This document shows positions 10,578-21,001 of a stretch of DNA of 64,000 bases, piece by piece. The stretch lies in contig OY781964.1 in the NCBI GenBank assembly GCA_963677485.1, forward strand, positions 5,156,041 to 5,220,040. The letters run 5' to 3'. Under the pieces are notes generated by a model that made no database searches, was not told the DNA's origin, and worked only from the letters and a program-made list of their open reading frames with translations. The position numbers were made by a program, and so were the translations under genes. The DNA is from Armatimonadota bacterium. GTDB taxonomy: Bacteria; Armatimonadota; HRBIN16. Every line of letters begins with the position of its first letter. Within the stretch, counting starts at the first letter, position 1.

Positions 10578-12052
10578 GGAAAATAATCATTGCTATAGTG
10601 CTGATCGTGCTGGTTTTGGGAGGCCTATATGGTCTATCCCAATATCGCAAACCTAAAGCACCAGTGCCGACCTCAGCTCAGATATGGAAACAAACGGGTA
10701 TACCCGTCAATACCGCAGTCCTTGCCCGTGGCGAGATGGTACAGACGATAGCGGTCACTGGTGATATCACCGCGCTGAATAGTGCTGTCGTTTCTCCTAA
10801 GATATCGGCCAGATTGACGTCGATATCGATTCATGAAGGCGACATTGTGAGCAAAGGCCAAGTGCTGGCTGTGCTTGATCAAGGGGATTCCTTAAATGGT
10901 TTAGAATCGGCTCGTGCCAGCCTGGAAGCATCAAAAGCCAGGCTAGCGCAGGCTGTGACATATTCGGAAGTCACGAAAACTCAGACACAATCGGCAATTG
11001 AACAGGCGAATGCCAGTTTGCGCTCAGCATTAGCCAAACTTGAAGTTGCCAAAAGACCATCTCGTTCACAAGACAGAATGGTTGCTGAGAACAAGATGGC
11101 GTCAGCAAAAGCGAATCTAGATAAAGCTCAAGCGGACTTCAATCGCAACGAGCGGCTCCTAAAACGTGGTGCGATTTCAGAATCCGCCTTCGATGTCTTC
11201 AAAACCCAGTATGCTGTGTCTCAATCGGACTACAAAACCGCTAACGACCAGTTATCACTCATCACGGAAGGCGGTCGCAAAGAAGACATTACCAGCTCGG
11301 AATCTCAAGTTGAAATGGCCAGGCAACAGCTTCGAGAGGCTAAAGCGAATGCGTCACAAAATCTCGTCAAAGAGAAAGACATTTTAACCGCTAAAACAGC
11401 CGTTCTTCAAGCTCAAGCCGCTGTAGACACCGCGAAGCGGCAACTGGACAACACATACATCAAAGCATCGATATCCGGTGTGGTGGCCACACGAACAGCG
11501 GATCCCGGGCAAGTCGTCTCTCCTGGCCAAACCATGGCCACCATAGTCGACCTGAGCAGCGTTTACTTCAAAGGTGATGTGTCGGAGAAATACCTCGGTT
11601 CTGTCAGCAATGGACAAAGCGTCTCGGTACGCATTGAAGCCTTCCCGGGAAAGACATTAACCGGTCGGATCACCCAGATCAACCCTGCAGGATCGACCGT
11701 CAACCGCAACTTCTCCGTGCGCATTACTATCAATGCAGCAGGACTAGTGGTCAAACCTGGCATGTTTGCCAGCGGCGATATCAAGGTCGATTCGATACAA
11801 AACGTGCTGCTTGTGCCCAAAGATGCACTTGACGACCGTAAAGGCATCCAGTCCGTCTTTACCGTAGGGAAAGATAAGCAGGCCAAACGTCATCTCATCA
11901 GTGTGTTAAGCGAAAACCGCGACTATGTTCAACTTGCGAAACCCTTTGATCTAAAAGCCGGTGACACAGTAGTAACCCAGGGACATACCAACATCGAAGA
12001 TGGCACATTGCTGGAACTAGATAGCGGGGAGGCAGTGAATGTGGTTAACTAA
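10574..12052 (+). CDS. RND efflux periplasmic adaptor (MFP/HlyD-like)
   Basis: N-terminal TM, lipoyl-like halves (EGDIVSKGQVLA; IKASISGVV), long coiled coil, KPGMFA. Confidence 0.92.
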   Translation: MRKIIIAIVLIVLVLGGLYGLSQYRKPKAPVPTSAQIWKQTGIPVNTAVLARGEMVQTIAVTGDITALNSAVVSPKISARLTSISIHEGDIVSKGQVLAVLDQGDSLNGLESARASLEASKARLAQAVTYSEVTKTQTQSAIEQANASLRSALAKLEVAKRPSRSQDRMVAENKMASAKANLDKAQADFNRNERLLKRGAISESAFDVFKTQYAVSQSDYKTANDQLSLITEGGRKEDITSSESQVEMARQQLREAKANASQNLVKEKDILTAKTAVLQAQAAVDTAKRQLDNTYIKASISGVVATRTADPGQVVSPGQTMATIVDLSSVYFKGDVSEKYLGSVSNGQSVSVRIEAFPGKTLTGRITQINPAGSTVNRNFSVRITINAAGLVVKPGMFASGDIKVDSIQNVLLVPKDALDDRKGIQSVFTVGKDKQAKRHLISVLSENRDYVQLAKPFDLKAGDTVVTQGHTNIEDGTLLELDSGEAVNVVN

Positions 12053-15000
12053 CACATCCATTCGGAGGCCAATCTTCATCATCATGTTCGTGCTGGCCCT
12101 TGTCGTCATGGGCTTGATATCACGCAACAAGATGCCGAAAGAGCTGAACCCGAACGTGGATATCCCATATATCACCATCATCACCACATATGGTGGTGCC
12201 GGTCCTAGTGAGATAGAAACACTGGTCAGCGAACCCATCGAGAAGGGCGTCACTTCCATCGGCAACCTGAAGAATATCACGTCCACCTCTCAGACAGGCA
12301 TCTCTACAGTTGGCCTGGAATTCGAGATGGGTACCGATCTGGAAGCGGCTGCAGCCGACGTAAGAGACAAAGTCTCGATCGTGAAGGCCTCCTTACCTAA
12401 GGACGCCAATGAGCCGAAGGTTATGAAGGTCGATATTTCATCTGAGCCTGTCATGACAATTGGTCTGGCGGGTACCCTCTCTCCCAAGGAAATGAGGATT
12501 CTGGCTGATGACGTAGTTTCCGACCGCCTGGCAAAAGTGGGTGGTGTGGCATCAGTTAATGTCAGTGGCGGTGAAGAGCGTGAGATTGCGGTCTCTGTAG
12601 ACAAAAACCGCCTGGATGCATATGGATTGGCTATCTCAAGCGTGGTAGATGCGATCAACAGTGCAAATGATAACATTCCGGCCGGTTCAATCAAAGAAGG
12701 AGCTCGCGACTACACCATCCGGACAGTCGGCGAATTTGTCGACGCAAAAGAGATTCAAGAGTGCCCCATCACCCTTTCTGACAAGAGTGTGATCAAGGTC
12801 GGTGACATCGCCAAGGTGCGCGACACGGTTGTGGAGCCAACGACGATCGTTCGCTTGAACGGTAAATCGAGCGTCGTCTTTTCTATTCAGAAGCAGTCTG
12901 GAGCTAACACAGTAGCCATCGCCGATGGTATAAAGCGGGAGCTGAAACTGCTTCAACCAATGCTGCCTGCAGGCGTGAAGCCAATCATCGCCAACGATCA
13001 GTCGGTGCAGGTGAAGACAGCCCTGGAAGCAGTTAACAGCAGCTTATTAGAAGGCATCCTGCTGGTTGTGCTCATCGTATTCCTTTTCTTACACACAGTG
13101 AGAGCGACCTTTATCGTCGGTCTAGCAATTCCGACATCTCTATTGGCCACATACTTGCCCACAGGTGCTATGGGGTTCACCCAAAACACCATGTTCTTGA
13201 TGGCCCTCTCCCTTGTGGTCGGAATTTTGGTGGACGACTCCATCGTCGTGCTCGAAAACATCGAACGGCACTTGAGGCTGCGCGAAGAGCCTGCTGAAGC
13301 CGCCCTGAACGGACGTTCAGAGATCGGCCTGGCTGCTATTACCATCACCATGGTGGATATAGTGGTGTTCCTGCCCATCGCGTTCATGGGTGGAATCATA
13401 GGTCAGTTCTTCCGACAGTTTGGTGTGACGATTGCGGTCGCCACTGCATTTTCGCTGCTGATGTCATTTACACTGACACCTATGTTGTCATCCATATGGA
13501 TGAAAAGCGAGCAGGACAAGGAACGTGACGAAGAACTCATCAGGCTGCGGCACAAATCAGGCCGAGCCTCACTAAAGGACAAACTAGACCTGTCGGTTGG
13601 TCACATATTTGACGGTCTGGAGAGGCAGTTAGCAGCCCTTGACCGTGGCTATAAACGGGTACTTGAGTGGGCACTGCACAACAGGTTCTTAACCATCACT
13701 ATCGGCATCGTGGCACTTTTGGTCGTGATGTTGATGCTGATGCCTTTACCACCGCTTAACGCGATGGGTTCGCCAAAGATGGTGATGGCACTGGCACCAC
13801 GGCTGATTGTGGCGTTCATTTGCCTGCTGCTGTTGTCTATCTCGTTCGTGATCAACCCAGCTGGCCGGAAAGTCGCCACCTGGATTGCAGCTACAGTGGT
13901 GGTGGTCGCGGCCACCATCTACTTCCCGTTTGGTTTTGAGTTTTTCCCAACTTCCGACCAAGCGCAGTTCAGCATCACTATTCGCAATCCCCCTGGCACC
14001 TCACTGCTCCAGACGGACAAAGTGGTGTCTCAGGTCGCCAAGATAGTGATGGCCGTTCCTGAAATGAAGCCGGTCTATTACCGTGTCTCAGATGCGATAT
14101 GGTATAACCCTGCTACATGGTCATCAGGTCACAATGAATCAAATACCGGCTACTGTATGGCCACTACCGGCTCGAGCTCGCAGGGAATGTCGGGCTCTGG
14201 CAACTCCGGAGGGCAATACGGATACGTGTTCGCAAAGGTCGTCGACAAAAATCGGCGCACGCGCTCTGTTCAAGAGATAGTCGACGATGTACAGCAGAAA
14301 ACTGCTCATATCGCCGGTGCAGAGATGATCAGCGTCTCGATCTCTTCAGGAGGTGGACCTAGTGCTGGTATCACCAAAGAGGTTCAGGGGCAGGATATGG
14401 CCAGCATCATCGCCGAAGCGAACCGTGTGGCTGGTGTGATGAGAAAAACACCTGGAACGATGAACGTGGACATCTCCTATAAACCTAGCACGCCTGAACG
14501 CCGCATCGTTGTTGACAAATACCGTGCTGCCAAGCTGGGAATGACACTCACTCAGATTGCCGTAGCCGCAAGGACAGCTATTGATGGTGACAACAACGTA
14601 AAGCTCCGCGAAAGCGGAACCGAATATCCTATTCGTGTACAGTACGAGATGTCTGACCGTAACAAGACATCGGATGTAAACAGCTTGATCATCGCAACCA
14701 AAAACGGGGCTCCTATCTATCTGAACGATGTCGCACAGATAGTATATGACCTGTCACCTAATAAGATCGAACGTAAGAACCGGCAGAGGGTTATTTCGGT
14801 GAGTTCTGGTATCGCTAGCGGATACCAAATGGGTAACCTCACAACCGCTATTGACGAAGGCTTAAGCAAGATCACTGTAATACCTGGTACCTCCATCGGT
14901 GCTGGCGGTTCATCCAAGATGATGCAGGAGAGTATAGCGGCGATGGCGGCGGCTCTGGCATTAGCAATCCTGCTGATGTACATGCTGATGGGTGCCCTGT

Positions 15001-15506
15001 TTGAGTCGTTCCTGACTCCATTTGTCATCATGTTCAGCCTGCCTTTGGCGCTTGTTGGAGCCCTGTTGGCCTTGCTGCTAACGGGCAAACCATTAGGTAT
15101 GACCGCGATGATTGGGATCATCATGTTGATGGGTTTGGTCACTAAGAATGCCATTCTGCTGATCGACTATACCAACACCATGATGGCACGAGGGCTAAAT
15201 AGACACGAAGCCCTACTGGAAGCAGGCCCCACGCGGTTACGGCCCATCTTGATGACCACCCTGGCCATGATCGGTGGTATGCTGCCCACCGCACTGGCAC
15301 TAACGCAGGGATCTGAAACACGATCACCAATGGCCATCACGGTGATCGGCGGTCTGATCATCTCCACTATGCTCACCTTGATTGTTATCCCTGTGGTGTT
15401 TACAATCGTGGATGATATGTGGATGGCGTTCAGGCACCGTTTCTTCCCTCACACCCGCAGCAGGAAACAGACCACTGCAGCGACGGAATCAGATACCGAC
15501 CAGTAG
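12039..15506 (+). CDS. AcrB/AcrD/AcrF-family RND permease
   Basis: GILVDDSIVVLENIERH, KNAILLIDY, RLRPILMTT motifs. Confidence 0.95.
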   Translation: MWLTNTSIRRPIFIIMFVLALVVMGLISRNKMPKELNPNVDIPYITIITTYGGAGPSEIETLVSEPIEKGVTSIGNLKNITSTSQTGISTVGLEFEMGTDLEAAAADVRDKVSIVKASLPKDANEPKVMKVDISSEPVMTIGLAGTLSPKEMRILADDVVSDRLAKVGGVASVNVSGGEEREIAVSVDKNRLDAYGLAISSVVDAINSANDNIPAGSIKEGARDYTIRTVGEFVDAKEIQECPITLSDKSVIKVGDIAKVRDTVVEPTTIVRLNGKSSVVFSIQKQSGANTVAIADGIKRELKLLQPMLPAGVKPIIANDQSVQVKTALEAVNSSLLEGILLVVLIVFLFLHTVRATFIVGLAIPTSLLATYLPTGAMGFTQNTMFLMALSLVVGILVDDSIVVLENIERHLRLREEPAEAALNGRSEIGLAAITITMVDIVVFLPIAFMGGIIGQFFRQFGVTIAVATAFSLLMSFTLTPMLSSIWMKSEQDKERDEELIRLRHKSGRASLKDKLDLSVGHIFDGLERQLAALDRGYKRVLEWALHNRFLTITIGIVALLVVMLMLMPLPPLNAMGSPKMVMALAPRLIVAFICLLLLSISFVINPAGRKVATWIAATVVVVAATIYFPFGFEFFPTSDQAQFSITIRNPPGTSLLQTDKVVSQVAKIVMAVPEMKPVYYRVSDAIWYNPATWSSGHNESNTGYCMATTGSSSQGMSGSGNSGGQYGYVFAKVVDKNRRTRSVQEIVDDVQQKTAHIAGAEMISVSISSGGGPSAGITKEVQGQDMASIIAEANRVAGVMRKTPGTMNVDISYKPSTPERRIVVDKYRAAKLGMTLTQIAVAARTAIDGDNNVKLRESGTEYPIRVQYEMSDRNKTSDVNSLIIATKNGAPIYLNDVAQIVYDLSPNKIERKNRQRVISVSSGIASGYQMGNLTTAIDEGLSKITVIPGTSIGAGGSSKMMQESIAAMAAALALAILLMYMLMGALFESFLTPFVIMFSLPLALVGALLALLLTGKPLGMTAMIGIIMLMGLVTKNAILLIDYTNTMMARGLNRHEALLEAGPTRLRPILMTTLAMIGGMLPTALALTQGSETRSPMAITVIGGLIISTMLTLIVIPVVFTIVDDMWMAFRHRFFPHTRSRKQTTAATESDTDQ

Positions 15507-15517
15507 ACTCAGAAGGT

Positions 15518-15606
15518 GGTCGTAGGGGCGTCCCTTGTGGACGCCCTTAACAAGAACTATCGAATGAACAACGATTAGGGCGCCCACAAGGGACGCCCCT
15601 ACGACC
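15518..15606. repeat. REPIN: inverted pair of GTAG-type REP palindromes (copy 1)
   Basis: GTAGGGGCGTCCCTTGTGGACGCCCT...AGGGCGCCCACAAGGGACGCCCCTAC between convergent genes; near-identical copy at 20626-20712. Confidence 0.88.
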
Positions 15607-15675
15607 GTATCAATTACAATGCGGGCTGCTCAAGAGCGGTGGTATTTAGTGATATGTTTGGCGGAAACCATATGG

Positions 15676-16437
15676 TTACGCCAGTATCACTTCTACACCC
15701 AGATCCTTGAACGGTGGCAGCTTGCTTGGTTCTACCCCGCTGTCAAAAACAAGCGTATGTTCCGGGCTGATCGGTGATACCCTGGCAAAGGCGATCTGCC
15801 CCACCTTGGAATGGTCTGCTGCCACCACAACCTGCCTGGCATGGTCCATCATCATACGCTTAATGCTGGCAGCATCGAAGTCCACACTGGTGTATCCAGC
15901 TTTCGCGTCGATTCCGTTGAAGCTTAAAAAGGCGTGGTCAACCCTGATCGCCTCAAGGCTATGAAGCACCAGATCGCCCATGATAGCCCAACGCTTGCTG
16001 TTGACCTGCCCACCCAGTAACACCACATCGATCTTGGGGTTATCCATCATCATAATGGCGATCTTCAGTGAGTTTGTGGCAATACGCAAGCCGTTTCGGT
16101 TCCGTAGTTGAAGGGCTATTTCGTACACCGTGGTGCCAGCATCAAGCAGGATCGTCTCTTCGTCAGAAACCATTGATGCACATACCGCAGCTATAGCGCG
16201 CTTTTCGGCACTTTGCGACCGCTCCCGCACGGCATAAGGCGGTTCGTATAGGGTGCTCTCTTGAAGCATGGCCCCACCATGGGTGCGGCGCAGCATCCCT
16301 TTTCCTTCAAGAGTGCTTAAGTCAGTACGTATCGTGGCGAGACTCACGCTAAGCCCATGCGCCATGTCATCTACTGTGACTTTTCCGGTACGTCTCAGTT
16401 CTTTGAGTATGAATTGTCGTCGTTCTTCAGCAAACAT
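15676..16437 (-). CDS. DeoR/GlpR family transcriptional regulator
   Basis: VSLATIRTDL...RTHGGA HTH; LDAGTT; ADHSK. Confidence 0.95.
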   Translation of the reverse strand: MFAEERRQFILKELRRTGKVTVDDMAHGLSVSLATIRTDLSTLEGKGMLRRTHGGAMLQESTLYEPPYAVRERSQSAEKRAIAAVCASMVSDEETILLDAGTTVYEIALQLRNRNGLRIATNSLKIAIMMMDNPKIDVVLLGGQVNSKRWAIMGDLVLHSLEAIRVDHAFLSFNGIDAKAGYTSVDFDAASIKRMMMDHARQVVVAADHSKVGQIAFARVSPISPEHTLVFDSGVEPSKLPPFKDLGVEVILA

Positions 16438-16663
16438 GTCAGTTTCTGATTTCTTTCATTTCCTTGCGTTTGGTTGATTGATTGTTTTCGTATTTTATTG
16501 TATCATAGCGTTGGCGAATCAGATATTGCGACGGATGTACACACTCAATTGCACACACGATATTTCGGAACCACGATAAAATATTCAAAAAACAAGCTGC
16601 GGTCGGGATGCTCCCTCCGCATGCCACGATGTTTCACCTCAACCACTCTAAGGAGTATCTCCA

Positions 16664-19135
16664 ATGCCTAAGCAACTCTCAATCCATCCTAAGGATGTTC
16701 GCAAGCCAGGAAAGCTCACTTTCAAAACAATAGAGCTTAATAAATACCAAAAGAGCGTCGCCGACGTGGTCGGTGAGTATTCAAAAGAGGATCTGATGCG
16801 TGTCTATCATGACATGTTCGTCATCCGCACTTTTGAAAACATGCTGAACGAAATCAAGCTTAACCGCGTATACAAAGGGATCGAATACAACCACGCCGGA
16901 CCAGCTCACCTGTCGATAGGTCAGGAAGCATCGGTTGTTGGCCAATCCTTCCACCTTTCAGCCGAGGACCATATTTTTGGATCCCACCGTTCGCACGGTG
17001 AAATCCTGGCGAAGGGTATGAGCTCAATTTCCAAGATGGACGACGCTGACTTAATGAAGCTGATGTCTACCTTCAAAAGTGGCGATATCCTGAAGGTAGT
17101 TGAGAAGGCCGGAAAGAACTCCGTCAAAGAGCTAGCTCTTGACTATCTTCTCTACGGCGCCATGGCAGAAATATTTGCCCGCTTGAACGGCTTCAACTGG
17201 GGTATGGGCGGTTCTATGCACGCCTTCTTCACCCCATTTGGTATCTTCCCCAACAATGCCATCGTAGGCGGATCCGGCACCATCGCAACTGGCGCAGCGC
17301 TCTACAAGCGAATTAACAAGAAGGACGGCATCGTCATCTGCAACATCGGTGACGCCTCCATCGGATGCGGCCCAGTATGGGAAGGCCTCTGCTTCGCGAA
17401 TATGGACCAGTTCAAGGGGTTATGGGATGAGGCTCACCGCGGTGGCCTGCCCTTGATCATGAACTTCATGAACAACTTCTACGGAATGGGCGGACAGCCT
17501 GTTGGCGAGACCATGGGCTTCAAGGTACTAGCACGCTTAGGTGCAGGACTTAATCCAGAGCAGATGCACGCAGAGCGCATTGACGGCTACAACCCGCTGG
17601 CAGTGATGGACGCTGTGAAACGCAAACGCGCCATCATCGAAAAAGGCGATGGCCCTGTGCTGCTTGACACCCTTACCTACCGATTTAGCGGCCACAGCCC
17701 GTCCGACGCTTCCAGTTACCGCACCAAGGAAGAGGTAGACGAGTGGCGCAACCAGGACTCCCTGGTCACCTACGCTCAGCAGATTCTTGATGCCAAGCTG
17801 GCTACCGAAGCCGAAATCAAGGCCATCGAAACCGGCGTCGAAAATGCGATTTTCGCCAACTTCAAACTGGCAGTTGACCTTGACGTGAGCCCACGAGCCA
17901 ACCTGATGATGCCTGGCAACCTGCTAGAGCAGACCATGTTCAGCAACCAGCGTATCGAGAGCCTTGACACCACACGCGAACCTGAGAGCCTGATGCCCAT
18001 CGCTGAAAACCCAAGAGTGAAGCGTCTTGCTTCTCGAAGCCGATCCGGAAAAGATGCGAACGGTGCTTCTATTCCCAAGGGCCGTTGCATCGGCATCCGC
18101 GATGGACTGTTCGAAGCGATCATCGACTCCTTCTACACCGACCCCACCCTGGTGGCTTACGGTGAGGAAAACCGCGACTGGGGCGGCGCGTTCGCCGTTT
18201 ACCAGGGTTTGACTGAAGCACTGCCTTACCATCGCCTGTTCAACAGCCCTATCTCTGAAGCCGCTATCGTAGGCACCGGAGTTGGCTATTGTCTAGAGGG
18301 TGGCCGTGCCATCGTCGAACTGATGTATTGCGACTTCATGGGCCGCGCTGGAGATGAAATCTTCAACCAGATGGCCAAATGGCAGTCGATGAGCGGTGGC
18401 GTGCTTCGCATGCCGCTGGTGCTTCGTGTTTCCGTTGGATCAAAATACGGCGCACAGCACAGTCAAGACTGGACGGCTATCGTGGCGCATATTCCTGGCC
18501 TGAAGGTAGTCTTCCCCGCCACTCCTTATGATGCCAAGGGCTTGATGTATTCGTCCCTTACCGGCACTGACCCAGTGGTGTTCCTGGAAAGCCAGCGCAT
18601 CTACGATATGTCCGAGATGTTCCACGAAGGTGGCGTGCCAGAAGGCCGTTACGAAATCCCATTCGGTGAACCGGATGTGAAGCGCGTGGGCAGCGATATC
18701 ACCATCTTAACCGTTGGTGCCATTCTCTACCGCGCACTAGAGACCGCCGATATCCTTCAGAAGGAATACGGGATCTCTGCTGAGATCATTGACGCTCGGT
18801 CAATCGTGCCGTTTAACTACGACCTGGTGATCGAATCCGTGAAGAAGACCGGCAACATCATGCTGGCCTCTGATGCCTGCGAGCGTGGCAGCTTCCTTCA
18901 CAACATGGCTAGCAAGATCAGCCAGTTTGCATTTGATGAGCTGGATGCACCTCCAGTAGTCATAGGCGCCCGCAACTGGATCACCCCAGCTGACGAAGTC
19001 GAAGATTCCTTCTTCCCCTTCCCAGCCGACATGCTTGATGCGATACACACTCACATCATGCCGTTGCCTGGTTACACCACAAAGCGGCCTTGCGACAATG
19101 ACGAGATGAACCGCCGAAGCCAACTCGGTGTATAG
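16664..19135 (+). CDS. Fused E1 alpha/beta TPP-dependent 2-oxoacid/acetoin dehydrogenase-like protein
   Basis: [19 protein letters not shown] motif, YRFSGHS (alpha); [25 protein letters not shown] (beta). Confidence 0.9.
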   Translation: MPKQLSIHPKDVRKPGKLTFKTIELNKYQKSVADVVGEYSKEDLMRVYHDMFVIRTFENMLNEIKLNRVYKGIEYNHAGPAHLSIGQEASVVGQSFHLSAEDHIFGSHRSHGEILAKGMSSISKMDDADLMKLMSTFKSGDILKVVEKAGKNSVKELALDYLLYGAMAEIFARLNGFNWGMGGSMHAFFTPFGIFPNNAIVGGSGTIATGAALYKRINKKDGIVICNIGDASIGCGPVWEGLCFANMDQFKGLWDEAHRGGLPLIMNFMNNFYGMGGQPVGETMGFKVLARLGAGLNPEQMHAERIDGYNPLAVMDAVKRKRAIIEKGDGPVLLDTLTYRFSGHSPSDASSYRTKEEVDEWRNQDSLVTYAQQILDAKLATEAEIKAIETGVENAIFANFKLAVDLDVSPRANLMMPGNLLEQTMFSNQRIESLDTTREPESLMPIAENPRVKRLASRSRSGKDANGASIPKGRCIGIRDGLFEAIIDSFYTDPTLVAYGEENRDWGGAFAVYQGLTEALPYHRLFNSPISEAAIVGTGVGYCLEGGRAIVELMYCDFMGRAGDEIFNQMAKWQSMSGGVLRMPLVLRVSVGSKYGAQHSQDWTAIVAHIPGLKVVFPATPYDAKGLMYSSLTGTDPVVFLESQRIYDMSEMFHEGGVPEGRYEIPFGEPDVKRVGSDITILTVGAILYRALETADILQKEYGISAEIIDARSIVPFNYDLVIESVKKTGNIMLASDACERGSFLHNMASKISQFAFDELDAPPVVIGARNWITPADEVEDSFFPFPADMLDAIHTHIMPLPGYTTKRPCDNDEMNRRSQLGV

Positions 19136-19222
19136 TCTCATCCTACCGTAAACTATGAGGGGTAGGTAACTGCTTGTTACTTGCCCCTCTTTTGTAATTT
19201 TAACCTCCGCGAGGTGATAGAT

Positions 19223-20506
19223 ATGTCTCATCAACAGGCAATGGATATTCTTCTGAGTGCGATCAAACAACGTGATGCTGAGCATATGATCATCACCGCA
19301 GATACATCCCTGAACACCACCATCCGCATGGCCAATTCACAGCCCACGCAGAACCAGGCCAACCATAACACGGTAGTTGAAGTAACTGTCGCATACGGCC
19401 AGCGTGTGGGCCGCAGTGTGTGCAACAGCTTGGAGTGCGATGAGATATCCGCCGCGGTGAATCGCGCCCAGCAAGCGGCTCAGTTGTCACCCGTGAACCC
19501 CGAATACCTTCCACCCGTCCCAAGCGAGCTGCACACGAATGATCTGATGGGCCGCCCCACCGACGATGATGAGGTCATCTCGGCTCTGGGCGGCCAGATC
19601 GCCCAGTGTATCTCGACCGCGAAGGAATATACCGCTCAGGCGGCAGGACTAGCAGGTTGGCGGTCTGGTGAATACTACATGGCTTCCAGCTCTGGTCAGT
19701 CGGTCGTGCAGCACTACGGCACCGCTTCCTTGAAATGCTCTATGCGAACAGATCACGGCAGCGGATACGCGGAGCAGACAACCGATCAGCTAGGCGACAT
19801 CAACGCCACCGAACTCGCCGAAACGTGCTCGAAAGATGCACGTGAACTGCCCGTAGTGGTGCTTGAACCCGGTGAATACACGCTGCTCATGATGCCGTTG
19901 GCACTGCAGGAGTTCCTGGGATATATGAGCTACTTCATGGACGCCAGAGCCGCCGATGAAAATAGAAGCTGCTTCAGTCAGAAGCTGGATCAAGTCATCG
20001 CCGCAAAACAGTTCAGCATGGTATCACGCCCACTCCATGCGGATGTGCCTGCGTTTCGCTTTGACGGCGACGGTAACCCACTTGAGGATGTGGATTGGAT
20101 ATCCGATGGTCGACTGTGCAACCTGCCTGCTAACCGTTACTGGGCACAGAAGTCTGGACGGCCGTTCATAGGTCGACCAACCAACATAGTGATACCAGGC
20201 AGTGACCGCAGCGTGGAGCAGATGATAGGCAGTATTGAGAACGGCCTGTTGGCTTGTCGATTCTGGTATATCCGCCATGTAGACCCCATGCGATTGTCAC
20301 TGACTGGCATGACACGCGACGGCTTTTTCAAAATCGAGAATGGCCAGATAGTGGCTCGGGTAAAGCAAATGCGGTTCAACGAAAGCCCCCTCGCTGTCTT
20401 ACCGCGCATTCTTGACATGGGCACTGCGCAACGCGTCGGGTCTCGCTGGTACCTCCCGCCTGTGTCCGTTGGGGGTTTTCACTTTACCAGCCGCACCACG
20501 TTCTAG
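19223..20506 (+). CDS. TldD/PmbA (TldE-like) family protein
   Basis: LEPGEYTLLM, FDGDG, TGMTRDGFFKIENG, MRFNESP; GAGGTG RBS before ATG 19223. Confidence 0.88.
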   Translation: MSHQQAMDILLSAIKQRDAEHMIITADTSLNTTIRMANSQPTQNQANHNTVVEVTVAYGQRVGRSVCNSLECDEISAAVNRAQQAAQLSPVNPEYLPPVPSELHTNDLMGRPTDDDEVISALGGQIAQCISTAKEYTAQAAGLAGWRSGEYYMASSSGQSVVQHYGTASLKCSMRTDHGSGYAEQTTDQLGDINATELAETCSKDARELPVVVLEPGEYTLLMMPLALQEFLGYMSYFMDARAADENRSCFSQKLDQVIAAKQFSMVSRPLHADVPAFRFDGDGNPLEDVDWISDGRLCNLPANRYWAQKSGRPFIGRPTNIVIPGSDRSVEQMIGSIENGLLACRFWYIRHVDPMRLSLTGMTRDGFFKIENGQIVARVKQMRFNESPLAVLPRILDMGTAQRVGSRWYLPPVSVGGFHFTSRTTF

Positions 20507-20625
20507 CTAAAAGACAACTCAAAACCAAGAGCTTGTATGCAAATTGGTTGGCTACGTCCGGGGTGGTCTTTCAGGCGGATATGCTGGACACTGTCTATTG
20601 TCCGCGCCGGTATTGTAAGAAACCA

Positions 20626-20712
20626 GTCGTAGGGGCGTCCCTTGTGGGCGCCCTAAACAATAACTATCGAATAAGCAACGATTAGGGCGCCCACAAGGGA
20701 CGCCCCTACGAC
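20626..20712. repeat. REPIN (copy 2)
   Basis: Same arms and conserved spacer (AACAA.AACTATCGAAT...CAACGATT) as 15518-15606. Confidence 0.88.
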
Positions 20713-20945
20713 AGTATCAGTTACAGCATGGGCTGCCGTGTCAGCACGGGCAGGTGCTTGTTTCCTGACACATATCTTTCGTGGCTTTCCGCCAGACCGG
20801 CGCGGTCTTGAGCCATCTACATCCGCTAACCTACGCACAGACCGCACTGGACATAGGCAACGCTAGCGATAAACCAGCAGTTTGCATCCCCTTCACATCA
20901 CATCCGTTTGGCTAGAACTTGCGCAGCCCACAACCTGTACATAAG

Positions 20946-20986
20946 GAAGCACCCCAAGCAGAGCATTCGCTTACTTGGGGTGCTTC
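20946..20986 (-). terminator. Stem-loop downstream of the 942-aa gene
   Basis: GAAGCACCCCAAG...CTTGGGGTGCTTC 13-bp stem just after the stop codon. Confidence 0.55.
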
Positions 20987-21001
20987 TACGCTGGAAGCCT
21001 G

